From: Methanomicrobiales archaeon
GTDB lineage: Archaea; Halobacteriota; Methanomicrobia; Methanomicrobiales; JACTUA01
Direction: 5' to 3'
Assembly (NCBI GenBank): GCA_035310965.1
Contig: DATGDI010000008.1
Coordinates: 1-44,140, forward strand
DNA length: 44,140 nucleotides
Shown: positions 1-8,239 of the stretch, piece by piece
How the letters are laid out: each line of letters begins with the position of its first letter
Position numbering within the stretch: the stretch's first letter is position 1
Program-made: the position numbers and the translations under genes
The notes under the pieces: model-generated
Seen by the model: only the letters and a program-made list of their open reading frames with translations
Told to the model about the DNA's origin: nothing
The model's database searches: none

Positions 1-1
1 C

Positions 2-430
2 TATGGGATCGCCCTGAAACCCCAGGACCCGAAGGCGACCAGGCCGGACCTCGTGGACCTCCTCATCGGCGGACAGAAGGTCGCCACCCTGAAGCTCATC
101 CCGGCCGATGCCGGGCCCCAGCTCATGCAGCTCGCCTCCACGAATGCCATCCAGGTCGCCTACGTCGGCAACCCGCCCGTCATCTCGGCCGTTGACAAGG
201 GGACACCCGTGAAGATCCTCATGGCCCTGAACACCGAGGGCTCGGGGGTCGTCGTGGTCACCGATGCCCCTGCCTCGGACTGGGACTCCTTTGTCCGGTG
301 GGCAAAGGAACGATCGGCGGCGGGGAATCCCATAAAGATGGCGGCACCCGGCAAGGGCTCCATCCAGGACGTCATGCTCCGGTACGCCCTTGAGGAGAGC
401 GGTTTATCCGTGAAGGAGGTACAGGCTTAG
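2..430 (+). CDS. ABC transporter substrate-binding protein, NMT1/SsuA-like (5' end cut by window edge)
   Basis: Frame 2 is open from the window start to TAG 428-430. It lies directly upstream of a TauC/SsuC-type permease and ATPase. The C-terminal sequence is typical of nitrate/sulfonate/bicarbonate-family binding proteins. Confidence 0.6.
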   Translation, partial: YGIALKPQDPKATRPDLVDLLIGGQKVATLKLIPADAGPQLMQLASTNAIQVAYVGNPPVISAVDKGTPVKILMALNTEGSGVVVVTDAPASDWDSFVRWAKERSAAGNPIKMAAPGKGSIQDVMLRYALEESGLSVKEVQA

Positions 431-436
431 AGAGGC

Positions 437-1198
437 ATGAAAAGACCTCTCGGGATCCTCCTTCCCCTCCTCCTCCTCGTCGTCTGGGAGATCGTCGCGC
501 AGGCCATCGGCAACCAGTTCATCCTCCCGAAACTCGAGACGGTCATCCCGGTGCTCCTCGCCCCGACGGTTGACATCCTCGGGACCGGGAGCCTCCTTCA
601 CAACGCCCTCGTCTCCCTCGAGCGGGTGGGGGCGGGCTTCCTGGTCGCCCTCGCCATCGCGATACCTCTCGGGGTCGGGATGGGATGGTCGGGGCGCATG
701 GACGCCCTCGTGGACACCACCATCCAGCTCCTCCGCCCGATCCCCCCCCTCGCCTGGGGTCCCCTGGCCATCGCCTGGTTCTCGGTGGGCCTCAACTCCA
801 TGGTCTTCATCATCTTCCTCGGCGCCTTTTTCCCCATCCTCCTCAACACCATCGACGGGGTGAGGGGCGTGAAGAAGACCTGGGTGGAGGTCGCCCAGAC
901 CCTGGGGGCATCCGAGAGGCAGGTCCTCGCGAAAGTGGTCCTCCCCGGCGCCGCCCCCACCATCTGGACCGGTCTCCGGGTCGGGTTCGGTATCGCCTGG
1001 ATGTGTGTCATCGCCGCGGAGTGGCTTCCCGGGACCACCTCCGGCCTCGGGTACCTTACCCTCTATGCCTACAACTTCGGCCAGATGCACTACATCATCG
1101 CCGGGATGATCTCCATCGGGATCATCGGCATCGCCTTCGACCTGCTCTTCCGGTATGTCGAGGACCGCCGGTTCGCCTGGAGGGGGCTCGAGCGGTGA
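437..1198 (+). CDS. ABC transporter permease (nitrate/sulfonate/bicarbonate family, BPD_transp_1)
   Basis: 253-aa hydrophobic ORF starting MKRPLGILLPLLLLVVWEI... with the usual permease layout. Its stop overlaps the ATPase start (GTGA at 1195-1198). Confidence 0.85.
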   Translation: MKRPLGILLPLLLLVVWEIVAQAIGNQFILPKLETVIPVLLAPTVDILGTGSLLHNALVSLERVGAGFLVALAIAIPLGVGMGWSGRMDALVDTTIQLLRPIPPLAWGPLAIAWFSVGLNSMVFIIFLGAFFPILLNTIDGVRGVKKTWVEVAQTLGASERQVLAKVVLPGAAPTIWTGLRVGFGIAWMCVIAAEWLPGTTSGLGYLTLYAYNFGQMHYIIAGMISIGIIGIAFDLLFRYVEDRRFAWRGLER

Positions 1199-1953
1199 AG
1201 CTCGCCATCCAGGACCTCTCCAAGGTCTTTGTCACGGGCACCGGTGAACGCGTCCCCGCCCTGGAGAAGATCGACCTGACCATCGAGGACGAGGAGTTCC
1301 TCTGTATCCTCGGGCCCTCCGGGTGCGGGAAGACCACCCTCCTGCGCATCATCGCCGGCCTCGACACGCCGAGCTCGGGATCGATCCTCGTCGACGGGGA
1401 GGCCCTCTCCGGCCCGTCCCGCCGGATCGCGATGATCTTCCAGGAGTACTCCCTCTTTCCCTGGAGGACGGTCCTCGAGAACGTGGGCTTCGGCCTCGAG
1501 GTGCTCGGGAGGAACGGGGGGGAACGGCTCGCCACGGCCCGGAAATACCTGGAACTCGTCGGCCTCGCCCCCTTCGAGAAGAACTTCCCCTACGAGTTGT
1601 CGGGCGGGATGAGGCAGAGGGTCGCGGTGGCCCGGGCACTCGCCACCGAACCCGCGGTCCTCCTCATGGACGAGCCCTTCGGGGCCCTCGATGCCCAGAC
1701 GAGGAACCTGATGCAGACCGAGCTCCAGGAGATCTGGAAGAAGACCCGGAAGACCATCCTCTTCGTCACCCACAGCGTGGACGAGGCGGTTTTCCTCGCC
1801 GACCGGATCGTGGTCCTCACCCAGCGGCCCGGCCGGGTACGGGAGATCATCTCGGTGAGGAAGTGCCCCCACCCGAGGGACCGGACCTGCCGTGACTTCG
1901 TGGAGATCCGGCGCCACGTCCTCGACCTCATCGCCGCGGGGTCCTCGGATTAG
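1195..1953 (+). CDS. ABC transporter ATP-binding protein
   Basis: Walker A GPSGCGKTT, signature LSGGMRQRV and Walker B LLMDEPFGALD, within ORF 685..1953. GTG at 1195 is in frame and coupled to the permease stop. Confidence 0.9.
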   Translation: MKLAIQDLSKVFVTGTGERVPALEKIDLTIEDEEFLCILGPSGCGKTTLLRIIAGLDTPSSGSILVDGEALSGPSRRIAMIFQEYSLFPWRTVLENVGFGLEVLGRNGGERLATARKYLELVGLAPFEKNFPYELSGGMRQRVAVARALATEPAVLLMDEPFGALDAQTRNLMQTELQEIWKKTRKTILFVTHSVDEAVFLADRIVVLTQRPGRVREIISVRKCPHPRDRTCRDFVEIRRHVLDLIAAGSSD

Positions 1954-1958
1954 CAAGG

Positions 1959-1988
1959 TTTAATAAACGACACGGCCATCTTATAAAC
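1959..1988 (+). promoter_or_regulatory. TATA-like boxes upstream of rpl10e (TTTAATAA, TTATAAAC)
   Basis: Only AT-rich elements in the 70-bp gap, 36-65 nt upstream of ATG 2024. Confidence 0.4.
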
Positions 1989-2023
1989 CACGGATTACGC
2001 GGAGCTCCGCGAGGGGATTTTCT

Positions 2024-2830
2024 ATGGTCAGGAAGCCGGGCAGGATGTACAGGAACCTCGCCAAGAAGGCGTACACGCGGCGTGAATACATGGGGGGCGT
2101 CCCCGGGTCACGGCTCGTCCAGTTCGACATGGGGAACCTCACCGAGGACTTCCCCCTGGAGGCGGCCCTTATCGTCGAGGAGGGCTGCCAGATCCGGCAC
2201 ACCGCCCTCGAGGCGGCACGGGTGGTCATCAACCGGCGGCTCCAGGACCTCGGCCGGGCGAACTTCCGGCTGAAGATCCGGGTCTACCCCCACCACATCC
2301 TCCGGGAGAACAAACAGGCGACCGGGGCCGGGGCGGACCGGGTCTCGGAGGGGATGCGCCTTTCCTTCGGGAAACCCGTCGGCTCGGCGGCCCGGGTCTA
2401 CCCGGGGCAGAAGATCCTCTCGGTCTACACCCTCCTCCCGAACCTGGAGAAGGTGAAGGACGCCCTCCGGCACGGTGCCCACAAGCTCCCCTCCCCGTCG
2501 CGGATCGTGATCGCCACGCACAAGGTCTCCGGGATCCGGGCGACCCATGTGAAGATCGCCGAGGAGAAGGTCGTGGCGCCCCCGGTCGCTGCTGTTGCCG
2601 AGGCAGAGGCTGCGGCCCCAGGCGCGGAGAAGGAGGCCGAGAAGGGGATCGAAAAGGGAGTCGAGAAGGGTGCCGGAAAACCGGGCGAGAAGGCACCGGA
2701 GAAGGGAGCCGGGAAGGGGGAGAAGACCCCCGAGAAGGGTGCCGGAAAACCCGGCGAGAAGGGTGCCGAGAAGGCACCGGAGAAGGGAGCCGGGAAGGGC
2801 GAGAAGCATCACGAGAAGTCCCGGGGCTAA
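2024..2830 (+). CDS. rpl10e: 50S ribosomal protein L10e (uL16) with a long C-terminal low-complexity extension
   Basis: N-terminal ~175 aa ([29 protein letters not shown]...[19 protein letters not shown]...) match L10e. Residues ~180-268 are an A/E/K/G/P repeat tail. Confidence 0.9.
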   Translation: MVRKPGRMYRNLAKKAYTRREYMGGVPGSRLVQFDMGNLTEDFPLEAALIVEEGCQIRHTALEAARVVINRRLQDLGRANFRLKIRVYPHHILRENKQATGAGADRVSEGMRLSFGKPVGSAARVYPGQKILSVYTLLPNLEKVKDALRHGAHKLPSPSRIVIATHKVSGIRATHVKIAEEKVVAPPVAAVAEAEAAAPGAEKEAEKGIEKGVEKGAGKPGEKAPEKGAGKGEKTPEKGAGKPGEKGAEKAPEKGAGKGEKHHEKSRG

Positions 2831-2835
2831 ACACA

Positions 2836-2884
2836 GCCGGCCCCCAACCGGCCCTTTTTCTTTCAGATCGTTTTCCCTTTTCCC
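2836..2884 (+). terminator. hairpin plus oligo-T tracts after rpl10e
   Basis: GCCGG-CCCCCAA-CCGGC stem-loop followed by TTTTTCTTT and TTTTCCCTTTTCCC. Confidence 0.5.
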
Positions 2885-2891
2885 ATCCACA

Positions 2892-2899
2892 TTTATAAA
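2892..2899 (+). promoter_or_regulatory. TATA box (TTTATAAA) for the fum-kor-suc cluster
   Basis: Lies 24-31 nt upstream of ATG 2923, which implies a leaderless or near-leaderless transcript. Confidence 0.5.
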
Positions 2900-2922
2900 G
2901 CCGGGATCCCTATCCCTCTGTA

Positions 2923-3765
2923 ATGCACCGTCCCGATGACCCGGCCCTTCTCGCGGCTGTTGCAAAGGCGACCGCGGAGGCCCTCGCCGAGGCCGAGGTT
3001 CGGCTCCCGGAGGACGTGGAACGGGCCATCAGGGCGGCTCATGAGCGGGAAAAAAACCCGGTCGCCAGGGGGGAGCTCGGGAATATCCTCGCCAACATCG
3101 CCCTCGCCCGGGAAGGACAGACCCTCATCTGCCAGGACACCGGCATCCCCATCATCTACCTGACTATTCCCCCGAATCTGTCCTATACCCGGGCGCTGGA
3201 GGAGGCCGTCGCCCAGGGGGTGCGGATGGCCACGGAAAAGATCCCCCTCAGGCCGAACGCGGTGGACCCCTGCACCCGGAGGAACAGCGGGGATAATACC
3301 GGGCCAGGGATCCCGGCCGTCCATGTCCGGCCGGGGGAGAGCCTGACCGTCACGGTTCTCCCCAAGGGGGCCGGGTCCGAGAACGTCTCGAGGCTGGGCA
3401 TGCTCCTCCCCACCCGCACGGCAGATGTCGAGAGGTTCGTGGTCGAGACGGTTGCCCTCGCCGGGGGAAGGCCCTGTCCACCGGTGATCCTCGGGGTGGG
3501 GATCGGGTCCACCTTCGACGGGGTCGCGGCCCTTGCGAAGGAGGCCCTCCTCCTCCCCATCGATGCCATGGATCCCTTCGAGAGGGAGCTCTGCGATGCG
3601 GTGAACTCTCTCGGGATCGGACCGATGGGCCTGGGCGGCGACACCACGGCCCTCGCCGTGAAGGTCAGGAAGGCCGCCAGCCACACCGCCTCCCTCCCCG
3701 TCGCGGTGAATGTCCAGTGCTGGGCGGCCCGGCGGGTGACCCGGGTCGTGGAGGGCTGGAGGTGA
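2923..3765 (+). CDS. fumA: class I fumarate hydratase, alpha subunit (N-terminal domain protein)
   Basis: 280 aa with the ICQDTGIPIIYL motif, typical of the Fe-S hydro-lyase tartrate/fumarate alpha family. The stop overlaps the next start (GTGA). Confidence 0.85.
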   Translation: MHRPDDPALLAAVAKATAEALAEAEVRLPEDVERAIRAAHEREKNPVARGELGNILANIALAREGQTLICQDTGIPIIYLTIPPNLSYTRALEEAVAQGVRMATEKIPLRPNAVDPCTRRNSGDNTGPGIPAVHVRPGESLTVTVLPKGAGSENVSRLGMLLPTRTADVERFVVETVALAGGRPCPPVILGVGIGSTFDGVAALAKEALLLPIDAMDPFERELCDAVNSLGIGPMGLGGDTTALAVKVRKAASHTASLPVAVNVQCWAARRVTRVVEGWR

Positions 3766-4322
3766 TCGGACTCACCACCCCGCTCGGCGAGGAGATCCTC
3801 TCGCTCCGGGCCGGTGACCGCGTCACCCTCTCGGGAACGGTCTACACGGCGAGGGACGAGGCACACCTCCGGATGCAGAGGGAGGGTATTCCCTTCGATC
3901 CCCGGGGTGCCGTCGTCTACCACTGTGGTCCGGTGGTGGCGGGGCAGAGGATCGTCGCCGCCGGGCCCACCACCTCGGCGAGGATGGACGACCTGACGGG
4001 GTTCCTCCTCGATGCCGGCGTCCGGGGGATCATCGGCAAGGGGGGGATGGGGAGGAGGGTCGCGGATCTCCTCCGGGGGAGGGGGGTGTACTTTGCCTTC
4101 ACCGGCGGGTGTGCGGCCCTCGCGGCGTCCAGGATGCGGCTCCAGGGGGTCCGTTTCCCGGACCTGGGTATGGCCGAGGCGGTCTGGGTGATCGGGATCG
4201 ATCGCCTGCCCCTCGTGGTGGGGATCGATTCCCACGGGAACGACCTTTTCGAACGGGTCCGGGAGGAAGCGAAAGCACAATGTCAGGCGCGGATCCATTA
4301 CTCTCAAGGACGCACACCATGA
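3762..4322 (+). CDS. fumB: class I fumarate hydratase, beta subunit
   Basis: VIGLTTPLGEEILSLRAGDRVTLSGTVYTARDEAH...GKGG matches the fumarate hydratase C-terminal domain family. GTG 3762 is coupled to the fumA stop. An alternative GTG lies at 3717. Confidence 0.8.
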   Translation: MIGLTTPLGEEILSLRAGDRVTLSGTVYTARDEAHLRMQREGIPFDPRGAVVYHCGPVVAGQRIVAAGPTTSARMDDLTGFLLDAGVRGIIGKGGMGRRVADLLRGRGVYFAFTGGCAALAASRMRLQGVRFPDLGMAEAVWVIGIDRLPLVVGIDSHGNDLFERVREEAKAQCQARIHYSQGRTP

Positions 4323-4591
4323 AGCTCGTCATCGACAGCGACCGGTGCAAGGGGTGCAACCTCTGCATGCTCGTCTGCCCCTACCGGATCTTCAAGGAAG
4401 GGAAGGAGCAGAACGAGCGGGGCATCATCCTCCCCGAGCTCGACCGTCCCGAGCGCTGCCCCAACTGCCGGCTCCAGAAACTCTACGGCAGGACCGTCTG
4501 CGGACTCTGCCAGATGATCTGCCCCGATCAGGCCATCCGGTGGGAGAACGAGAGCGGGAACGAGCCCCAGAAGGTGGTGATCGAGTTTTGA
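4319..4591 (+). CDS. korD: 2-oxoglutarate:ferredoxin oxidoreductase delta subunit (4Fe-4S ferredoxin-type)
   Basis: 90 aa with cysteine clusters CKGCNLCMLVCP and CGLCQMICP. ATG 4319 overlaps the fumB stop (ATGA). Confidence 0.8.
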   Translation: MKLVIDSDRCKGCNLCMLVCPYRIFKEGKEQNERGIILPELDRPERCPNCRLQKLYGRTVCGLCQMICPDQAIRWENESGNEPQKVVIEF

Positions 4592-4605
4592 GCCGTGTCG
4601 AATTC

Positions 4606-5688
4606 ATGCAGGGGAACACCGCCTGCGCCGAGGGGGCCCTCGCCGCAGGCTGCCGGTTCTTCGCAGGCTACCCCATTACCCCCTCCACCGAGGTCGCCGA
4701 GCACATGGCCCTGAAACTCCCGAAGGCAAAGGGGGTCTTTGTCCAGATGGAGGACGAGATCGCCTCCATCGCGGCGGCCATCGGGGCCTCCTGGACCGGG
4801 GCCCGGGCCATGACGGCCACCTCGGGGCCGGGCTTCTCCCTCATGATGGAGAACATCGGCTACGCCGCGATGACCGAGACCCCCTGCGTCGTCGTGAACA
4901 TCCAGCGGGGCGGGCCCTCCACCGGTCAGCCCACCCTCGGAGCCCAGGGGGACATGCTCCAGTGCCGGTTCGGGTCCCACGGCGACTACGGCATCATCGC
5001 CCTCTCCCCGGCCTCGGTCCAGGAGATGTTCGAGCTCACGGCGAAGGCCTTCAACCTCTCGGACCGGTATCGGGTCCCTGCCTTCCTCATGGCCGACGAG
5101 ATCGTCGGCCACATGCGGGAGAGGCTGACCATCCCCGATTCCGTGGAGGTCACCGGCCGGAAGAAACTCGCCCCCGGCACCCTGCCCTTCCAGGCAGGGG
5201 AGGATGACATCCCGGGCTTTCCGACCTTCGGGGAAGGCCACGGCGTCCATGTCACCGGCCTCACCCACGACGAGCGGGGCTACCCGGCGGCTACGAACCC
5301 GAGGGCCCACGAGAGGCTGGTCACCCGTCTCGTCCGCAAGGTGGAGTCGGCACGGAGGGAGATGGCCGATTACCGGGTCACGAACCCCGACGCCGAAAAG
5401 GTCTTCATCTCCTACGGCGCGCCGACCCGCACCGTTCACCAGGTGCTCCACGACCGGCCGAAGGAGGGGATCGGCCACCTCCAGCTCCGGGTCGTCTGGC
5501 CCTTCCCGGAGTTCGCCCTCGCCGAGTTCCCGGAGGCGAAGGCCTTCCTCGTCCCCGAGATGAACCTGGGGCAGGTGGCCCGGGAGATCGAGCGGCACAC
5601 CGACGTTCCCGTCATCCCGGTCCCCAAGATCGGCGGGGACCTGCATACCCCCGCCGAGCTCGGGAAGGCCCTGGAGGGTACCCCATGA
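4606..5688 (+). CDS. korA: 2-oxoglutarate:ferredoxin oxidoreductase alpha subunit
   Basis: MQGNTACAEGALAAGCRFFAGYPITPSTEVAE... is typical of KorA/OorA. ATG 4606 lies in frame inside ORF 4345..5688. Confidence 0.85.
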   Translation: MQGNTACAEGALAAGCRFFAGYPITPSTEVAEHMALKLPKAKGVFVQMEDEIASIAAAIGASWTGARAMTATSGPGFSLMMENIGYAAMTETPCVVVNIQRGGPSTGQPTLGAQGDMLQCRFGSHGDYGIIALSPASVQEMFELTAKAFNLSDRYRVPAFLMADEIVGHMRERLTIPDSVEVTGRKKLAPGTLPFQAGEDDIPGFPTFGEGHGVHVTGLTHDERGYPAATNPRAHERLVTRLVRKVESARREMADYRVTNPDAEKVFISYGAPTRTVHQVLHDRPKEGIGHLQLRVVWPFPEFALAEFPEAKAFLVPEMNLGQVAREIERHTDVPVIPVPKIGGDLHTPAELGKALEGTP

Positions 5689-6473
5689 GCTTCAGGGACT
5701 GGTACCGGGTCGACCGGCTGCCCACCATCTACTGCGTCGGCTGCGGGAACGGGACGGTCATCAACTGCACCCTCCATGCCGTCGATACCCTCGGCTGGAA
5801 ATGGGAGGAGACGGTCTTTGTCTCGGGGATCGGGTGCTCCTCGCGGGCGCCGGGGTACATCCGGACCGATTCCCTCCACACCACGCACGGAAGGGCCCTC
5901 GCCTTCGCGACGGGGATCAAGCTCGCAAAGCCCGGGCTCCATGTCGTGGTCTTCACGGGAGACGGCGATCTCGCCGCCATCGGGGGGAATCACTTCATCC
6001 ACGCGTGCCGGCGGAATATCGACATAACTGTCATCTGCATGAACAACTGGATCTACGGGATGACCGGCGGCCAGGGCTCCCCCACCACGCCCCGGGGTGC
6101 CATCACGACCACCACCCCCTACGGCTCCGGCGAGGGGGTCTTCGATCTGTCGGCCCTCGCCGTGGCCGCGGGGGCAAACCACGTCGCCCGCTGGACCTCC
6201 TACCATGTGAAAGAACTCACGAGGGCCATCCAGACCGGCCTCGAGACTCCGGGCTTTTCCCTCGTGGAGGTCCTCACCCAGTGCCCCACGGCCTATGGCC
6301 GGAGGAACAAGCTCCGGGAGGTCTCGGACACCGTGGAGTACCTGAAGGACCATGCCATCCTCCTCCAGAAGGCCAGGCGGCTGGAGGCCGAAGGAAAGCC
6401 GGTCCCGGCGGACATGTTCACCATCGGGGAGTTCGTCCGGCGGAGCCTGCCGGCCATGGGGGTGCCCCCGTGA
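5685..6473 (+). CDS. korB: 2-oxoglutarate:ferredoxin oxidoreductase beta subunit (TPP-binding)
   Basis: 262 aa with YCVGCGNG and the GDGD thiamine-diphosphate motif. The start overlaps the korA stop. Confidence 0.85.
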   Translation: MSFRDWYRVDRLPTIYCVGCGNGTVINCTLHAVDTLGWKWEETVFVSGIGCSSRAPGYIRTDSLHTTHGRALAFATGIKLAKPGLHVVVFTGDGDLAAIGGNHFIHACRRNIDITVICMNNWIYGMTGGQGSPTTPRGAITTTTPYGSGEGVFDLSALAVAAGANHVARWTSYHVKELTRAIQTGLETPGFSLVEVLTQCPTAYGRRNKLREVSDTVEYLKDHAILLQKARRLEAEGKPVPADMFTIGEFVRRSLPAMGVPP

Positions 6474-7006
6474 GGCACGAGATCCGGTTCTCCGGCTTCG
6501 GCGGGCAGGGGATCATCCTCGCCGCGGTCATCCTCGGGCGGGCGGCGGCCCTCTACGACGGCAAGCACGCGGTGCAGACCCAGGTCTACGGGCCGGAGGC
6601 CAGGGGCGGGGCCTCCATGTCCGCGGTGATCATCGACGATGAGCCCATCCTCTACCCCGAGGTTTCCGTTCCGGACATCTACGTCATCATGTCCCAGGAG
6701 GGTTTCGAGCGGTACGGGGCAAAGGCCCCGAAAGATGCGGTGATGCTCATCGACTCCGACATGGTCGAGGGCCGGCCGGCCTGCAGCTTCCGTGAGATCC
6801 CCGCGACCTCGGAGGCGAGGAACACCCTCGGGAAGGTCATCGTGGCAAACATCGTCATGCTCGGCGCCGTCGTAGCCGCAACAGGGATCGTCTCGGACGA
6901 GGCCATCGAGAAGGCGGTCCTCGACAGCGTACCGAAGGGCACCGAGAAGCTGAATCTTGCGGCGCTGAAGAGGGGAATGGAGCTCGTCCGGGAGAAAAAG
7001 AAATGA
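6470..7006 (+). CDS. korG: 2-oxoglutarate:ferredoxin oxidoreductase gamma subunit
   Basis: VRHEIRFSGFGGQGIILAAVILG... is the gamma-subunit signature. GTG 6470 overlaps the korB stop (GTGA). Confidence 0.8.
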   Translation: MRHEIRFSGFGGQGIILAAVILGRAAALYDGKHAVQTQVYGPEARGGASMSAVIIDDEPILYPEVSVPDIYVIMSQEGFERYGAKAPKDAVMLIDSDMVEGRPACSFREIPATSEARNTLGKVIVANIVMLGAVVAATGIVSDEAIEKAVLDSVPKGTEKLNLAALKRGMELVREKKK

Positions 7007-7083
7007 AGCCAACCCCGAGGATACATCAGCACCAGAGCGCGCTGAAGAAAGGCATGGAGCTCGTCCGGGGGAAGAAGGGATGA
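7003..7083 (+). other. 26-codon bridging mini-ORF (MKPTPRIHQHQSALKKGMELVRGKKG) between korG and sucC
   Basis: ATG 7003 overlaps the korG stop (ATGA). Its TGA at 7081-7083 overlaps the sucC ATG at 7080 (ATGA). The last 15 codons are a diverged copy of the korG 3' end. Confidence 0.3.
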
Positions 7084-8165
7084 GGCTCGCGGAGCACGAG
7101 GCAAAGGAGATCCTCAGGGCGTATGGTATCCCCGTACCCTCCGGTGTTGTTATCAGGAGCCCCGACGAGCTCGGGCCACGGCTCGGGGATTTCGGGGACC
7201 AGATGGTACTGAAGGCCCAGGTTCCCGTCGGTGGCAGGGGGAAGGCCGGTGGAATCGTCATCGCGGGGAAAGACGAGGCCGTCTCCCGGGCCGCCGCCCT
7301 CTTCGGGAAGGAGATCAGGGGGATTCCCGTGAAGGAGATCCTCGCCGAGGAGCGGCTGGAGATCGGGAAGGAGTACTACCTCTCCGTCGCAGTCGACCGG
7401 TCCTCCCGGATGCCCCTCGTCCTCTTTGCGGAGTCGGGCGGGGTCGAGATCGAGGCGGTGGCGAGGGAACGGCCCGAGGCCGTACGACGGATCACCGTTT
7501 CCCCGCTCCTTCCGGAGATCCCGCCTTTCGCCCTCCGGGACCTCCTCGGAGGCATGGCGAAGGAGCTCTCCCCCGTCGCAAACCGGCTCTACCGCATCTT
7601 CCGGGAGAAAGACGCCATCCTCGCCGAGATCAACCCCCTCGCCACGACCCCGAAGGGGATCTGTGCGGCTGATGCGAAGATCATCGTCGACGAAAGCGCC
7701 CTTGCCCGCCAGAAACTCGACAAGGGAAGGGCCCAGACCGGGCGGGAGCGGGAGGCCGAGGTCCACGGGTTCTCGTACGTCGACCTCGAGGGAGACATCG
7801 GGGTCATCGGGAACGGCGCCGGTCTCACCATGGCGACCATCGACCTCATCGCCCTCTACGGCGGAAGGGCGGCGAACTTCCTCGACGTGGGCGGCGGGGC
7901 CGACCGGGAGCGGGTGAAGCATGCCGTACAGCTCGTGGCCGGTCTCCCGTCGGTGAAGGTCATCGTGCTGAACATCCTGGGCGGGATCACCCGGTGCGAC
8001 GAGGTGGCGAAGGGAATTCTTGAGGCCGGGATCTCCCAGAAGGTGATGGTCCGTCTAGCCGGCGTGAACGAGGACGAGGGGAGGGCCCTCCTCGCGGGGA
8101 AGGGTTATACCATGTTCGGTACCATGGACGAGGCCGTGAAAGAAGCTGTGGGGACGACCCGATGA
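7080..8165 (+). CDS. sucC: succinyl-CoA synthetase beta subunit (ATP-grasp)
   Basis: MRLAEHEAKEILRAYGIPVP..., 361 aa, immediately upstream of sucD. Confidence 0.9.
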   Translation: MRLAEHEAKEILRAYGIPVPSGVVIRSPDELGPRLGDFGDQMVLKAQVPVGGRGKAGGIVIAGKDEAVSRAAALFGKEIRGIPVKEILAEERLEIGKEYYLSVAVDRSSRMPLVLFAESGGVEIEAVARERPEAVRRITVSPLLPEIPPFALRDLLGGMAKELSPVANRLYRIFREKDAILAEINPLATTPKGICAADAKIIVDESALARQKLDKGRAQTGREREAEVHGFSYVDLEGDIGVIGNGAGLTMATIDLIALYGGRAANFLDVGGGADRERVKHAVQLVAGLPSVKVIVLNILGGITRCDEVAKGILEAGISQKVMVRLAGVNEDEGRALLAGKGYTMFGTMDEAVKEAVGTTR

Positions 8166-8239
8166 TGTACGATGACCGCACTACCACCGTCCTCACATGG
8201 GCGACGGCCGTGAAAGAGGCCGTGGGGGCGAGTCGATGA
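8162..8239 (+). other. 25-codon bridging mini-ORF (MMYDDRTTTVLTWATAVKEAVGASR) between sucC and sucD
   Basis: ATG 8162 overlaps the sucC stop (ATGA). TGA 8237-8239 overlaps the sucD ATG at 8236. It is a chimera of a SucD-like N-terminus and a SucC-like C-terminus produced by a ~74-bp tandem duplication. Confidence 0.3.

Noticed and set aside
404-1090. 228-aa minus ORF, plus several other overlapping ORFs in the ABC transporter region (570..863, 598..1038, 685..1194 part of 685..1953)
   Set aside because: They are out of frame or antisense to a clear permease. The 685 start would fuse a Pro/Arg-rich artefact to the ATPase, whereas GTG 1195 is coupled to the permease stop.
8197-8235. ATG 8197 as the sucD start (MGDGRERGRGGES...)
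   Set aside because: The 13 extra codons are an out-of-frame reading of the duplicated sucC tail. SucD homology begins at MIYADRTTGV (ATG 8236), which is stop-start coupled to the mini-ORF.
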